From positions 53,518,346-53,582,345 of the forward strand of contig NC_068995.1 of the NCBI RefSeq assembly GCF_001194135.2: a stretch of DNA of 64,000 nt. Reading direction: 5' to 3'. How positions within the stretch are numbered: the stretch's first letter is position 1; each line of letters starts with the position of its first letter. The notes beneath the pieces are model-generated. The model saw nothing but the letters and a program-made list of their open reading frames with translations, did no database searches and was not told the DNA's origin. Positions 12,107 to 24,637 of this stretch are shown piece by piece. Source of the stretch: Octopus bimaculoides (Eukaryota). Made by a program: the position numbers and the translations under genes.

Positions 12107-13406
12107 NNNNNNNNNNNNNNNNNNNNNNNNNNNNNNNNNNNNNNNNNNNNNNNNNNNNNNNNNNNNNNNNNNNNNNNNNNNNNNNNNNNNNNNNNNNNNN
12201 NNNNNNNNNNNNNNNNNNNNNNNNNNNNNNNNNNNNNNNNNNNNNNNNNNNNNNNNNNNNNNNNNNNNNNNNNNNNNNNNNNNNNNNNNNNNNNNNNNNN
12301 NNNNNNNNNNNNNNNNNNNNNNNNNNNNNNNNNNNNNNNNNNNNNNNNNNNNNNNNNNNNNNNNNNNNNNNNNNNNNNNNNNNNNNNNNNNNNNNNNNNN
12401 NNNNNNNNNNNNNNNNNNNNNNNNNNNNNNNNNNNNNNNNNNNNNNNNNNTATATATATATATATATATATATATATTTACATACGTATATATGTGTGTG
12501 CGTATGTGTGTGTATATACATACATATATATATAAAACAAATACACATATATGTAACTCCTATATAGTATTTATATTATGTAATATACATACACATGTAT
12601 AAATTTATGTAAGCGTATAAATAGACGTCCATCCATCTACACACACATACATACAAACGGACCCCTCCCCTCCACAGAGTCTCACTAAACATATGTATCT
12701 CTCCCGACTTCATTACTCTAACTATCTTTCTACTAGCATAGTAACACAAGCTGTTATTCCACATACAAAGCTTTAATTAACAATTAGTCGAATTGTTATA
12801 CTGCTGGAAATTTGCCTTCCGGTATTTATATTAAAAAAAAAAATCATATTTGTAATATGTTGATTAAAGGTGAGCATTCGAGAAATGCAAAATTTTATTT
12901 CTATGGTTACAAGCAAATTCAGATCTTCTGTAGGTACTAAATTGTCTACTGGTATTTTCAGTCTTGGTTATAATTAGTATGACAGTGATTGTCAGTTTGG
13001 AAATCAATTAGCCAAGTGGTTATATATATAACTTGGCATCAACTTTCCAAACTGTGCAATATGAAGTTCAAATCCACTATAAGTGTTTAGAACGATTTGG
13101 TTTTAATCTTAGGCATTTCTCTTAATGATACATGTACAGTCTATTATTTACATATTGACGGATACTTGTCAAATGTAAATAATGTAAACAATGTACATAA
13201 CTGCATAAACACTTTGTTTTTCTCGTTTTGCGATAATTACAGCGTGTATAAAATTATCGAAATCACTTAATACAGTCTCTCTTTGCCTGAAGAATAACGT
13301 GTAAGATAGGAAACTAAAGCTTACGACTAGATATAGAAGATGCATCTATTTTAATTGTATCTCATGCTTTTCTATGTCCCTATGTTTACATTATTTACAT
13401 TCTTCT

Positions 13407-13610
13407 AAGGCGGCGGACTGGTAGAAACGTTAGCACGCCGGGCGAAATACTTAGCGGTATTTCGTCTGTCTTTATCTTCTGAGTTCAAATTCCTCCGAGG
13501 TCGACTTTGCCTTTCATCCTTTCAGGGTCGATAAATTAAGTACTAGGAGTCGATCTAATCGACTGGCCCCTTCCCCCAAAATTTCGGGCCTTGTTCCGAG
13601 AGTAGAAAAG
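13407..13610 (+). mobile_element. SINE family A, full length, with 17-bp TSD
   Basis: Same head and body as 5870; flanked by the perfect direct repeat ATTATTTACATTCTTCT at 13390-13406 and 13611-13627. Confidence 0.9.
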
Positions 13611-13964
13611 ATTATTTACATTCTTCTGTATTATTTACTGTATTAAAAAAACAACAACAACAACAATGAACAAGATTTGCAGACGAAGAATACAACCACA
13701 AAAACAATAAGAAAAAAATGTTTTTTGCGTTAATTCAGATATAAGAAAGAAACGAACGAAGTTATCTGATAATCTAATACAAGGTAGTTAAATTCTAGAG
13801 AGGAATCTGTATGGGAGTTCGGATCCCGAAACCTTAACTGAAGATTCATCGGGAAATCAGCTTTCACTTCAGCAGACTGGATTCAGTATTTATTTCTTGG
13901 TTTAAGGCGTCAACAAATATTCTTCGTGCAACTGCGACTCGGTTATTTAAACAGTTCGCATGTA

Positions 13965-14320
13965 TTCTTTTGAAAGACTCCAATTTCTGAAGTAGTTTTC
14001 GTTTTGGGCCTGGTGACAGTTTCTAGTTCATACAAAAGTACAGACACAATTTTAATGTTATATGTCTTAACTTTGACTTTAATTGGTATTCTATTAAATT
14101 TCAAATGGCTTTCCGTTTTATTGCCTATACCAATACAATTCTTTGATTGACAGCAAAAGCAACTTTGTCACGTGAAGCTGGCAGCATATGCCATAAATAG
14201 TCAGACAAATTTTACTGCTTGCTTTATAGGGCTGCCATAAATACGCACCATCTATGTTTGTCTGTATCTATGTCGACATCTTCAGTCAAGCACTCTGTCT
14301 TGTCAAGACTAATTTGGAGA
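13965..14320 (-). pseudogene. Degenerate LINE (RTE-like) RT C-terminal fragment
   Basis: Minus-strand pieces QISLDKTEC, AVNQRIVLV and KFNRIPIKVKVKTYNIKIVSVLLYELETVT resemble L.IS..KT / EI..RI / ISLKTK.R.Y..V.SVLLYG.ET in RTE-type ORFs. Confidence 0.55.
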
Positions 14321-14419
14321 CACGTCTATTTTGTATTTGCATTTAAATGATTAATGAAATTACGAAGGTTGACGACCAATGTAACTGTTAAGAGTAGCAA
14401 TATCATCTAATAACTTACG

Positions 14420-14590
14420 TCCACGTAGCCTAGCGGTTCGGCAATAGATACCGGTAGAATAAGTACCAGGAATCCAAAAAGTAAGCCCTAGGTCGATTTC
14501 TCCGACTAATATCCTTCAAGGCGATGCTCCAGGATGGTCGCAGTCAAATGACTGAAACAAGTAAAAAATAAATAAATAAATAAATAAAAG
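14420..14590 (+). mobile_element. SINE family C (3' part)
   Basis: GCGGTTCGGCAA..GAATAAGTACCAGG..AAGGCGATGCTCCAGGATGGTCGCAGTCAAATGACTGAAACAAGTAAAA with a (AATA)n tail; related to 44395-44566 and 59488-59570. Confidence 0.75.
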
Positions 14591-14847
14591 TATATATATA
14601 TATTTATACATACATATAAACGTACATCGACTGCATTCATTGATTGACAAACTGAATTAATTACAACTAACCAAAGTTAGAAAGTTATTGTCTATTTTTA
14701 AGTTCTAATTATATTAATGAGAATATTTTAATTATACAAAACAATTACTAATTTGGCTTTTATTTTACCAATTGACCAAACTCGACCGAAATTTTCTAGA
14801 CACAATCTATGTATGTATGTATGTATGTATGTATGTATGTATGTATG

Positions 14848-14901
<54 letters not shown>

Positions 14902-15364
14902 GTTGTCTGTCTGTGTGTCTGCCTGTCTGTCTGACTGTGATTGTATGTATGTATATATGTATGCATTTATATATGCAAGCATATATACATTATATTGTTG
15001 CATACGTTAGAAAGATAGAGAACACTCGAACGTATATCTAAAGAAGGTGATGCAATTGCTCTTTATAAATCTGTATTCTAGGATTTTCCAAATTGCGGAG
15101 AGGTGTATTCTACCCAAAGACATCGTAAAATCGATGAAACGGTATTAACTGCGTTGTTGAATTCAATTGATTTTTCTGTAATTTGCAGCCAAGAAAGTAT
15201 CTGATCTATCGTGCGTCTTGTAGGTCACCACAGAAAAAGGGAAGAAGGAGTAAAAGTTCCTTATAAGTTGGTACAAAGTGGCAGTTAAGAAGATCGATGG
15301 AGTGGTATCTGAGTTGTTATTTTACGGAATGGTAAAATTAAGGATAAAATACTGTTACAGACGC

Positions 15365-15512
15365 AAGATTAAGAAGCTTGATTTGTAACCACGTGATTTA
15401 GGGGTTCAGTCCAACTGGGCGGCGTCGAGGGTAGTGATTTCTGCTATAGCCCCGGGGCTCTGTGAGTGAATTTAGTGGACGGAAACTGTGTGGAAGCCTG
15501 CCATACATGCAC
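15365..15512 (+). mobile_element. SINE family B (diverged)
   Basis: AAGAAGCTTG..AACCACGTG..GGGTTCAGTCC..CTATAGCCCCGG..GTGAGTGAATTT..GACGGAAACTG. Confidence 0.7.
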
Positions 15513-15697
15513 ATACACATATATGTCTATAAGCGTGTCTTTGTGTCTGTTTTATCACCTCCCACAAACAGTTTGGCAACCGGTGTTGGTTTGTTTTGTT
15601 CGAGTAAAATCCGTCAAGGCGGTGCCTCAGCATCGCCGCACTCCAATGAGTGAAACAAATAAAAGGTGAAAAATGAAAAAAAAAAGGATATAACGAA

Positions 15698-16114
15698 AGA
15701 CCTGCTTTAGTGAATCGAATAGGAGTGATGTTTCATCAGGAGAATGCGCGACCCCACACTGCAAAGATCACATCACAGAAGATCGAAGAGCTTGGATGGG
15801 AAAAAAATTGCTCTTCCACCTTATTCTCCAGACCTCGCTCCTTCAGACTACCATTCGTTTCGTAGTTTACAGAATCATTTGCGGGACATAACATTCGCAA
15901 GCCAGGAGGAGGTCGAAACTGACATTTCAGAGTTCTTCGCTTTGAAACCAAAAGAGTTTTACATTGATGGGATTAAAATACTTGTAAATAGATGGAAGGA
16001 AGTCATAGATAATCAAGGAAAGTACATTGATGATTCAATTTCAATTAAATATAACATTTGATCACTTGTTTTCTTTATTTAAAATTCGGACAGAACTTAT
16101 GGGATGACCTGATA
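15698..16114 (+). mobile_element. Mariner (DD34D-type) transposon 3' fragment with terminal TIR
   Basis: RPALVNRIGVMFHQENARPHTAKITSQKIEELGW, then a 1-nt frameshift in the A-run at 15801-15807, then IALPPYSPDLAPSDYHSFRSLQNHL..RWKEVIDNQGKYIDD. Ends ..CGGACAGAACTTATGGGATGACCTGATA. Confidence 0.92.
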
Positions 16115-16546
16115 GATTCCCTGTTACCATTAACAGTCATTAGAAACCTCACAAATGACAAAGTGGTTGCTAAGTGAGCTTCTTAACCACGTAGCCATGC
16201 CTGTATCTACACACTGGCGCTTATATACGTACAGAATAGAATGCTTTAGCCTGTTCCGTTCTAATACCAGGATACAGTGTGAGGCCTACTGTATTATTTA
16301 AAGCTATGCGAGCCAATTAATGTATGAAGTTTCTCGGTGATTTACAAAGGATGCAGTGATGTGTGACTGATTTTGAAACCAGTTGAAGATAAAGACTGTG
16401 TGGCTTATTCTTCATACATTTAGTGCTTTTGATATTTCGCAGCCAGAATGTCAAAAATATATAATGCCTCGATTATTGGGATATTTAAATATTTCAACAC
16501 CTCCTGCACAAATAATGAATTATGTATATTTGTGAAGTGCGTGTGT

Positions 16547-16579
<33 letters not shown>

Positions 16580-16651
16580 AGGGAGATGGAGAGAAAGAGA
16601 GTGGAGTGTATGGTGGGTAGAAGCAGAGAGAGAATGTGTGTGTGGCTGGTA

Positions 16652-16695
<44 letters not shown>

Positions 16696-17654
16696 GAGAG
16701 GGAATCAGGTACCAATTAGACAATTAGACCCATTAATCTACACAGCATCGTACATACACACAGCGAAAGCACAGGCACACATTTCTATACTGAAAATCTC
16801 TTTACACACACACAAACACACGCGCGCGCGCACGCACGCACACACACACACATACACACACACACACACACACATGTATCATGTATGTATACATACATGC
16901 ATACATAAATAGTATGAGTGTGTGTACGTGTGAGCATGCATATATGCGTGCACGCGAGCGTGTAAATCAAAGCCAATGATTTACTCCATCGCAACGCGGA
17001 CTTACTCTCGTATATGCATTTGATTAGGCGAACGAATGCATAAATTAACTCTATTATAAATATCGATAAATTTCTATCCCGATTGAAAACACAAAGGAAT
17101 ATACGCATACATACATACATACATACATACATACATACATACATACATACATACNNNNNNNNNNNNNNNNNNNNNNNNNNNNNNNNNNNNNNNNNNNNNN
17201 NNNNNNNNNNNNNNNNTATATACCTCCATGTAAACATACACACACACACATACATACAAACACACATACATACATGCATGCATGTATATATACATACATA
17301 TATACATACATGTATACATGCATGCATACATACATACATACAAACATATATACATACACAAACATGCGTACACACATACATACATGCATACATATTTATA
17401 TACATACATACATACATACATACATAGTGCGCATACATACATACATACATACATACATACATACATACATACATACATACATACATACGGTGCGCATTGA
17501 TGCCGTCGAGAGGTAGGCCCCGAAGCGGCGTGCATTCTCTCCTGATGACCCCATACACTTGCTGGCTTCCGGTATGCGGAGATCTCGACTGGTATCACTT
17601 GCATGTGCAAGTTGTTTGCCAAACAACATTCCTTCGAAGAACTATCTCGTAGAC

Positions 17655-18197
17655 CAAGGGTCACCAAACTTTTTTCACGGCGAGCCAGATAACTAAGAGA
17701 ATGACGAGCGCGGCACACATGACCATTTTGCTCAATACAATACAGTGGATACACAATAAGATAAAGACGACCAACATATTTATTTACCAAAATGTTATCA
17801 AAGAAGGCGACGTTAGAGATAAGATAGTTATATCACACCCAGTGGGCACATATCGGAATCTCACAAACTAAGCAGCAAAAAAGGTTAGAGAGATTTGTGA
17901 AAATGGTGTTTAGCTTTTAAGACATCATCAATATTTGCTTTGGAATTGCTGCATCCATCCAAGAGAATTGCTTTCGAATGTTCAACAGTCAACCTCGTTC
18001 GATGTGCTGACTTTACATCCTTCATTATTGAAAATGTTTGCTCACAGAAATAAGTTATTCCAAACACAGATGCCATACCAGAGGCAAATGAACTCTCATT
18101 GCAGGTGTTTATACAAACGGTACAGTGCGGCGGTGGGCCGGGTGAACTGACCTCACGGGCCGGATCCGGCCCGCAGGACGTAGTTTGGTGGCTCCTG
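17655..18197 (-). mobile_element. Internally deleted hAT transposon (Charlie/SPIN/Buster-like)
   Basis: 16-bp TIRs CAAGGGTCACCAAACT / CAGGAGCCACCAAACT (13/16). 8-bp TSD TCGTAGAC (17647-17654) / TCATAGAC (18198-18205). Minus strand encodes the hAT dimerisation-domain end MASVFGITYFCEQTFSIMKDVKSAHRTRLTVEHSKAIL. Confidence 0.92.
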
Positions 18198-18338
18198 TCA
18201 TAGACTATCATAGTTATTAACTGCAACTCTCAATAAATTCACAAAACATGTGTGTGTGTATATATATGTATGTATATATATATATATATATATGTATAAA
18301 CGTGTATATGTATATGTATATGTATGTACGTGTGTGTG

Positions 18339-18459
<121 letters not shown>

Positions 18460-19189
18460 ATGTATGTATGTATGTATGTATGTATGTATACTTTGTCTTG
18501 CACCATCAACTCGTTGATGAAGACGTAGAGGTGCAGTCGTGACAGTTGGCAAGTTCTGAATATTTTAAAGCTTTTAAAACCTAACGAAATCCATCTCCCT
18601 CCCGGCCCGACCACTACCGATTTCTCTCAAAAGGAAAGAAGCACAAAAGAAAAGAAAGAACGGAAGACAGAGAAGAACAAATCTCAGTAGAGAAACAGCA
18701 CTTCGTTGACCCCCGAGAAGATGAAAAGCAATGTTAACCGTGACAGGAGGACAGAACAGAAATCGAAACGAATATACATCTAATACATTCAATTGCACAC
18801 CCACAGATACACACAGAAATGAAGATATACACAGATATGAGATATTATCTTGATTGAAAACATAAAAAGCTAGATAAGTGAAAATAAAACCTTGTTTTAT
18901 CTTACTCTTCATCAGAGTAATCCACTCCCAAGAATCGTAATTTGAAAGAAAAATCTCTTCGGCAGTAATTCAGTTTTTAAGCTATAAATTCTTACTTTAC
19001 TTCTTGCTTCACTATAAACTTTTGTCAAGTATTTGTTCCAACGAATAAACACATTATCATTTATGTATGGAAGATTACCTTATGTATATGTATATGTAAG
19101 TATGTGTGTGTATGTATGCAAGAAAGTTTGTGGTGCATGTGTGTATAGAACATCAGTGAGTCATAGAAAGCGACAGCAATGGAAAGAGT

Positions 19190-19230
<41 letters not shown>

Positions 19231-19843
19231 CGAGAAAATATATGGTAAATGAAAAATATAAAAAATGAAATATAAATATATATATACATACACACACACA
19301 CACACACACGCACACACACGCNNNNNNNNNNNNNNNNNNNNNNNNNNNNNNNNNNNNNNNNNNNNNNNNNNNNNNNNNNNNNNNNNNNNNNNNNNNNNNN
19401 NNNNNNNNNNNNNNNNNNNNNNNNNNNNNNNNNNNNNNNNNNNNNNNNNNNNNNNNNNNNNNNNNNNNNNNNNNNNNNNNNNNNNNNNNNNNNNNNNNNN
19501 NNNNNNNNNNNNNNNNNNNNNNNNNNNNNNNNNNNNNNNNNNNNNNNNNNNNNNNNNNNNNNNNNNNNNNNNNNNNNNNNNNNNNNNNNNNNNNNNNNNN
19601 NNNNNNNNNNNNNNNNNNNNNNNNNNNNNNNNNNNNNNNNNNNNNNNNNNNNNNNNNNNNNNNNNNNNNNNNNNNNNNNNNNNNNNNNNNNNNNNNNNNN
19701 NNNNNNNNNNNNNNNNNNNNNNNNNNNNNNNNNNNNNNNNNNNNNNNNNNNNNNNNNNNNNNNNNNNNNNNNNNNNNNNNNNNNNNNNNNNNNNNNNNNN
19801 NNNNNNNNNNNNNNNNNNNNNNNNNNNNATAATACATACATAC

Positions 19844-19882
<39 letters not shown>

Positions 19883-20314
19883 CACACTACATACATACAC
19901 ACATACATACACATACATACATACATGCACGCACACATACATATATACATACACACGTACATAATACATACATACATACATACACACATCTTGTTCTTTA
20001 AATCCTTTGTAAGGAGTTTTTATCTCGAAATATCAAGACTAATTAGATATTTCTAACGTAACATTTCGATAGCATTCATGTCCCTGTCACTGTTATTTAT
20101 GATATTTAATGTCCTATGAAAACAAACTGCTTTTTTTGCATATTAGAGAACACTTTAATCAAACTCTAAAACCTCTTTCTTTCTCTCTCTGTATCTACAT
20201 ACATACCAACCTATATACAAACATACATACATACATACATACATACGTAAACACACATACATACAAACATACATACATATACACATGTATATTTATATAT
20301 GTAANNNNNNNNNN

Positions 20315-20351
<37 letters not shown>

Positions 20352-20504
20352 ACACACACACTTATATATAAAACATTAAGAAACATTAAATATTGCTTAA
20401 GAAATATTTAATTAGTCCCGTTATTTCCAGTTAGAAACTGTATACTTTAATACACATACATATTTACAGTCACACACACAAAGACATACATAATACATAC
20501 ATAC

Positions 20505-20543
<39 letters not shown>

Positions 20544-21330
20544 CACACTACATACATACACACATACATACACATACATACATACATGCACGCACACATA
20601 CATATATACATACACACGTACATAATACATACATACATACATACNNNNNNNNNNNNNNNNNNNNNNNNNNNNNNNNNNNNNNNNNNNNNNNNNNNNNNNN
20701 NNNNNNNNNNNNNNNNNNNNNNNNNNNNNNNNNNNNNNNNNNNNNNNNNNNNNNNNNNNNNNNNNNNNNNNNNNNNNNNNNNNNNNNNNNNNNNNNNNNN
20801 NNNNNNNNNNNNNNNNNNNNNNNNNNNNNNNNNNNNNNNNNNNNNNNNNNNNNNNNNNNNNNNNNNNNNNNNNNNNNNNNNNNNNNNNNNNNNNNNNNNN
20901 NNNNNNNNNNNNNNNNNNNNNNNNNNNNNNNNNNNNNNNNNNNNNNNNNNNNNNNNNNNNNNNNNNNNNNNNNNNNNNNNNNNNNNNNNNNNNNNNNNNN
21001 NNNNNNNNNNNNNNNNNNNNNNNNNNNNNNNNNNNNNNNNNNNNNNNNNNNNNNNNNNNNNNNNNNNNNNNNNNNNNNNNNNNNNNNNNNNNNNNNNNNN
21101 NNNNNNNNNNNNNNNNNNNNNNNNNNNNNNNNNNNNNNNNNNNNNNNNNNNNNNNNNNNNNNNNNNNNNNNNNNNNNNNNNNNNNNNNNNNNNNNNNNNN
21201 NNNNNNNNNNNNNNNNNNNNNNNNNNNNNNNNNNNNNNNNNNNNNNNNNNNNNNNNNNNNNNNNNNNNNNNNNNNNNNNNNNNNNNNNNNNNNNNNNNNN
21301 NNNNNNNNNNNNNNNNNNNNNNNNNNNNNN

Positions 21331-21361
<31 letters not shown>

Positions 21362-21433
21362 GACATATATATATACATGCGTATATGTATCTATCTACCT
21401 ATATATAAACCTCTCTATAAGTGTATGTTTTCC

Positions 21434-21510
<77 letters not shown>

Positions 21511-21599
21511 TTACAGCCCCCCTCTCTCTATCTTTATATATACACGTTATCTTGAACTGCTACAGAGTATGCTGTATATCTCAGAATGATGGATGCTAC

Positions 21600-21960
21600 C
21601 GAAGCTAAACATGCAAATCTCAAGCAAAGCGATGCTGCTCTCATTTCACGTAAACTTACCCTTGGTGAAGTGTTTATCTAATAATGCCAAACATTCGCCC
21701 AATCGGATCGCAGGCATCAATACGAATACAAAATACAACCTATATGACACGTCAAACCATTTGCTAAGATTTTCGAAGAGCCCTTACTTCCAGAGCAGTC
21801 ATGCAGCTCGCTCGTTCATCATCCCGAGTATCATTGTGTCCCGACAACATAATACTAGTCAGTGCGTCACTCGGAAGATGGGGTTTCTCCATCCTTTTAC
21901 AAATAGTTCATGTTTTATTCTACTGAGTTTGGTTAACTTTCTCATCAAGAAGGCAGGTTT
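21600..21960 (-). pseudogene. Possible highly degenerate RTE-like LINE C-terminal fragment
   Basis: Stop-interrupted minus frame ..LTSIMLSG..DERASCMTALEVRALRKS..PIGRM..EQHRFA loosely resembles SILLYG..AFEMRCLRRI..RME.HRLP. Confidence 0.3.
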
Positions 21961-22053
21961 TTTAGGTTTGCTGGCTCAGTACCCGATGACAGGTCCAAAT
22001 AACAAGCCGTATTGCATTACTTTTTTCTAGCAGTACTTAAGGTGAGCATGAAA

Positions 22054-22121
<68 letters not shown>

Positions 22122-23064
22122 NNNNNNNNNNNNNNNNNNNNNNNNNNNNNNNNNNNNNNNNNNNNNNNNNNNNNNNNNNNNNNNNNNNNNNNNNNNNNNN
22201 NNNNNNNNNNNNNNNNNNNNNNNNNNNNNNNNNNNNNNNNNNNNNNNNNNNNNNNNNNNNNNNNNNNNNNNNNNNNNNNNNNNNNNNNNNNNNNNNNNNN
22301 NNNNNNNNNNNNNNNNNNNNNNNNNNNNNNNNNNNNNNNNNNNNNNNNNNNNNNNNNNNNNNNNNNNNNNNNNNNNNNNNNNNNNNNNNNNNNNNNNNNN
22401 NNNNNNNNNNNNNNNNNNNNNNNNNNNNNNNNNNNNNNNNNNNNNNNNNNNNNNNNNNNNNNNNNNNNNNNNNNNNNNNNNNNNNNNNNNNNNNNNNNNN
22501 NNNNNNNNNNNNNNNNNNNNNNNNNNNNNNNNNNNNNNNNNNNNNNNNNNNNNNNNNNNNNNNNNNNNNNNNNNNNNNNNNNNNNNNNNNNNNNNNNNNN
22601 NNNNNNNNNNNNNNNNNNNNNNNNNNNNNNNNNNNNNNNNNNNNNNNNNNNNNNNNNNNNNNNNNNNNNNNNNNNNNNNNNNNNNNNNNNNNNNNNNNNN
22701 NNNNNNNNNNNNNNNNNNNNNNNNNNNNNNNNNNNNNNNNNNNNNNNNNNNNNNNNNNNNNNNNNNNNNNNNNNNNNNNNNNNNNNNNNNNNNNNNNNNN
22801 NNNNNNNNNNNNNNNNNNNNNNNNNNNNNNNNNNNNNNNNNNNNNNNNNNNNNNNNNNNNNNNNNNNNNNNNNNNNNNNNNNNNNNNNNNNNNNNNNNNN
22901 NNNNNNNNNNNNNNNNNNNNNNNNNNNNNNNNNNNNNNNNNNNNNNNNNNNNNNNNNNNNNNNNNNNNNNNNNNNNNNNNNNNNNNNNNNNNNNNNNNNN
23001 NNNNNNNNNNNNNNNNNNNNNNNNNNNNNNNNNNNNNNNNNNNNNNNNNNNNNNNNNNNNNNNN

Positions 23065-23173
23065 CGGCAGCTTTCGTCCTAATTTTGGGACTGCCATGTT
23101 GGCTTGGCGATAACTATTAATTTCCAGTACCGCTGCCGTAGTCTCCTTTAGAGAGACTTAGAAATATTAATAA

Positions 23174-23175
<2 letters not shown>
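23065..23175 (-). repeat. End of a young repeat family with a structured, HHR-like segment
   Basis: 23085-23175 is identical (91 bp) to 59351-59441. Both copies start at an N-gap and end at or next to (TA)n. Several complementary stems are present. Confidence 0.75.
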
Positions 23176-23226
<51 letters not shown>

Positions 23227-24438
23227 AACATAAACATCTCTCTTTCTCTTTCATACTCTCTCTCCTCCTTTCACTTTATCTCTCTCTACACACAGACACA
23301 TATATACACATGTGTGTGTATGTGCGTATGTGTGTGTGTGTGTGTGTGCGTGTGTGTGCGTGCCCATACGTGTGGTGGGGCAGCACACGACAATGGTTTA
23401 AAAAAGCCGGAATCGATAAACCTTTTGGCTGGTTTCTAGGTACTTTATCGATGTGACCATCTGAAATGCTGAAACATCTCACATATTATAGAAAAAGAAG
23501 CGAAAGACGAAAACGAACAACAAGGAAGCACATTGTTTTCGATTCCTCTATGAAATAATTAAATAAATCTTTAGTTATTAGTTGTTTTATTTTTATTATT
23601 TTTTCTTTGTTTCTTTAGAAGGAGAATAATAATTAATAACTCTTTTGATTAATGTTATGTCCTATAGGATGAGTCTGTGTATGAACAACTTCAGCGACGA
23701 TAAATTATATATATAATAGCAGACCGAAAACAATTTCACAATTTTGCAATATTAATTCTATTGTTTACTGTTTCTATATTGTGTAAACACCGTACTTGTC
23801 AATAAATATAACAACTTTGCTGAAAATAAAATTATTAGACGTTAGGTCATGTGTGAATGTGCATATGTATGTATGTATGTACGTATGTAGGTATGTATGT
23901 ATGTATGCATGTATGTATGTATGAATGTATGTATGTGTGTGCGTGTGTATACGTTACATGTATGTATGCATTTATAAATATGTGTATACACACTCATACA
24001 CACTAACACATACGTAAACACACACGCATTTACATATAAGAGTTTTTTGACAATTTGACATATTTTCTTTTCTAGACAAGAAACAAATGAAATATTAGCA
24101 AAAAACCTTCCTTATTATATATATATATATATATATAAAATTGTTCAATAGCTTATATCATGATGACACACAATGGGTGAAAAGGGAAGGTGACCTTCTG
24201 CTGTTTTATATTTCTACGGGGTCTTTGATGTGGCTGGAGTCGCAGGTCTCATGTGACTATTTTGTACACTTACATGGAGCGTATATCCTCCACTACAGTT
24301 CGAGTTTGCAGAGATAAAATGCTTTGGCAATAACCATATGATCGACCACCCCATCATGGATAGATTTATGTAGAACTGTATAAGGATCTTCATCGAGTTT
24401 AATGTAAATGTAACTGTTACCACCAATGTAACCAAAGC

Positions 24439-24637
24439 CAGCTGGCAAAAATGAGTAGTACCAGTAATTCAAAGGGCCAGCCTTGTCACACTCTGTGTCA
24501 TGCTGAATCTACCTCAGAGCTACATTAAGGATACACGTGTCTGTGGAGTGCTCAACCATTTGCACGTTAATTTCACGAGCAAGCTGTTCCATTGATCGGA
24601 TCAGCTGGGACCCGCGTCGTCGTAACCGACGGAGTGC
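24439..24637 (+). mobile_element. SINE 3' portion (probably D-type head family)
   Basis: CAGCTGGCAAAAATGAGTAG..CAAAGGGCCAGCCTTGTCAC..CACGTGTCTGTGGAGTGCTC..GTCGTCGTAACCGACGGAGTGC, recalled as a common octopus repeat tail. Confidence 0.6.

Noticed and set aside
17550-17610. CTGATGA followed by a CCCCATAC/GTATGCGG stem
   Set aside because: No GAAA, no NUH and no stem I.
19829-20644. About 155-bp (ATAC)-rich block repeated at about 19829-19985 and 20489-20644
   Set aside because: Both copies are low-complexity and abut gaps; likely a scaffolding or gap-fill duplicate.
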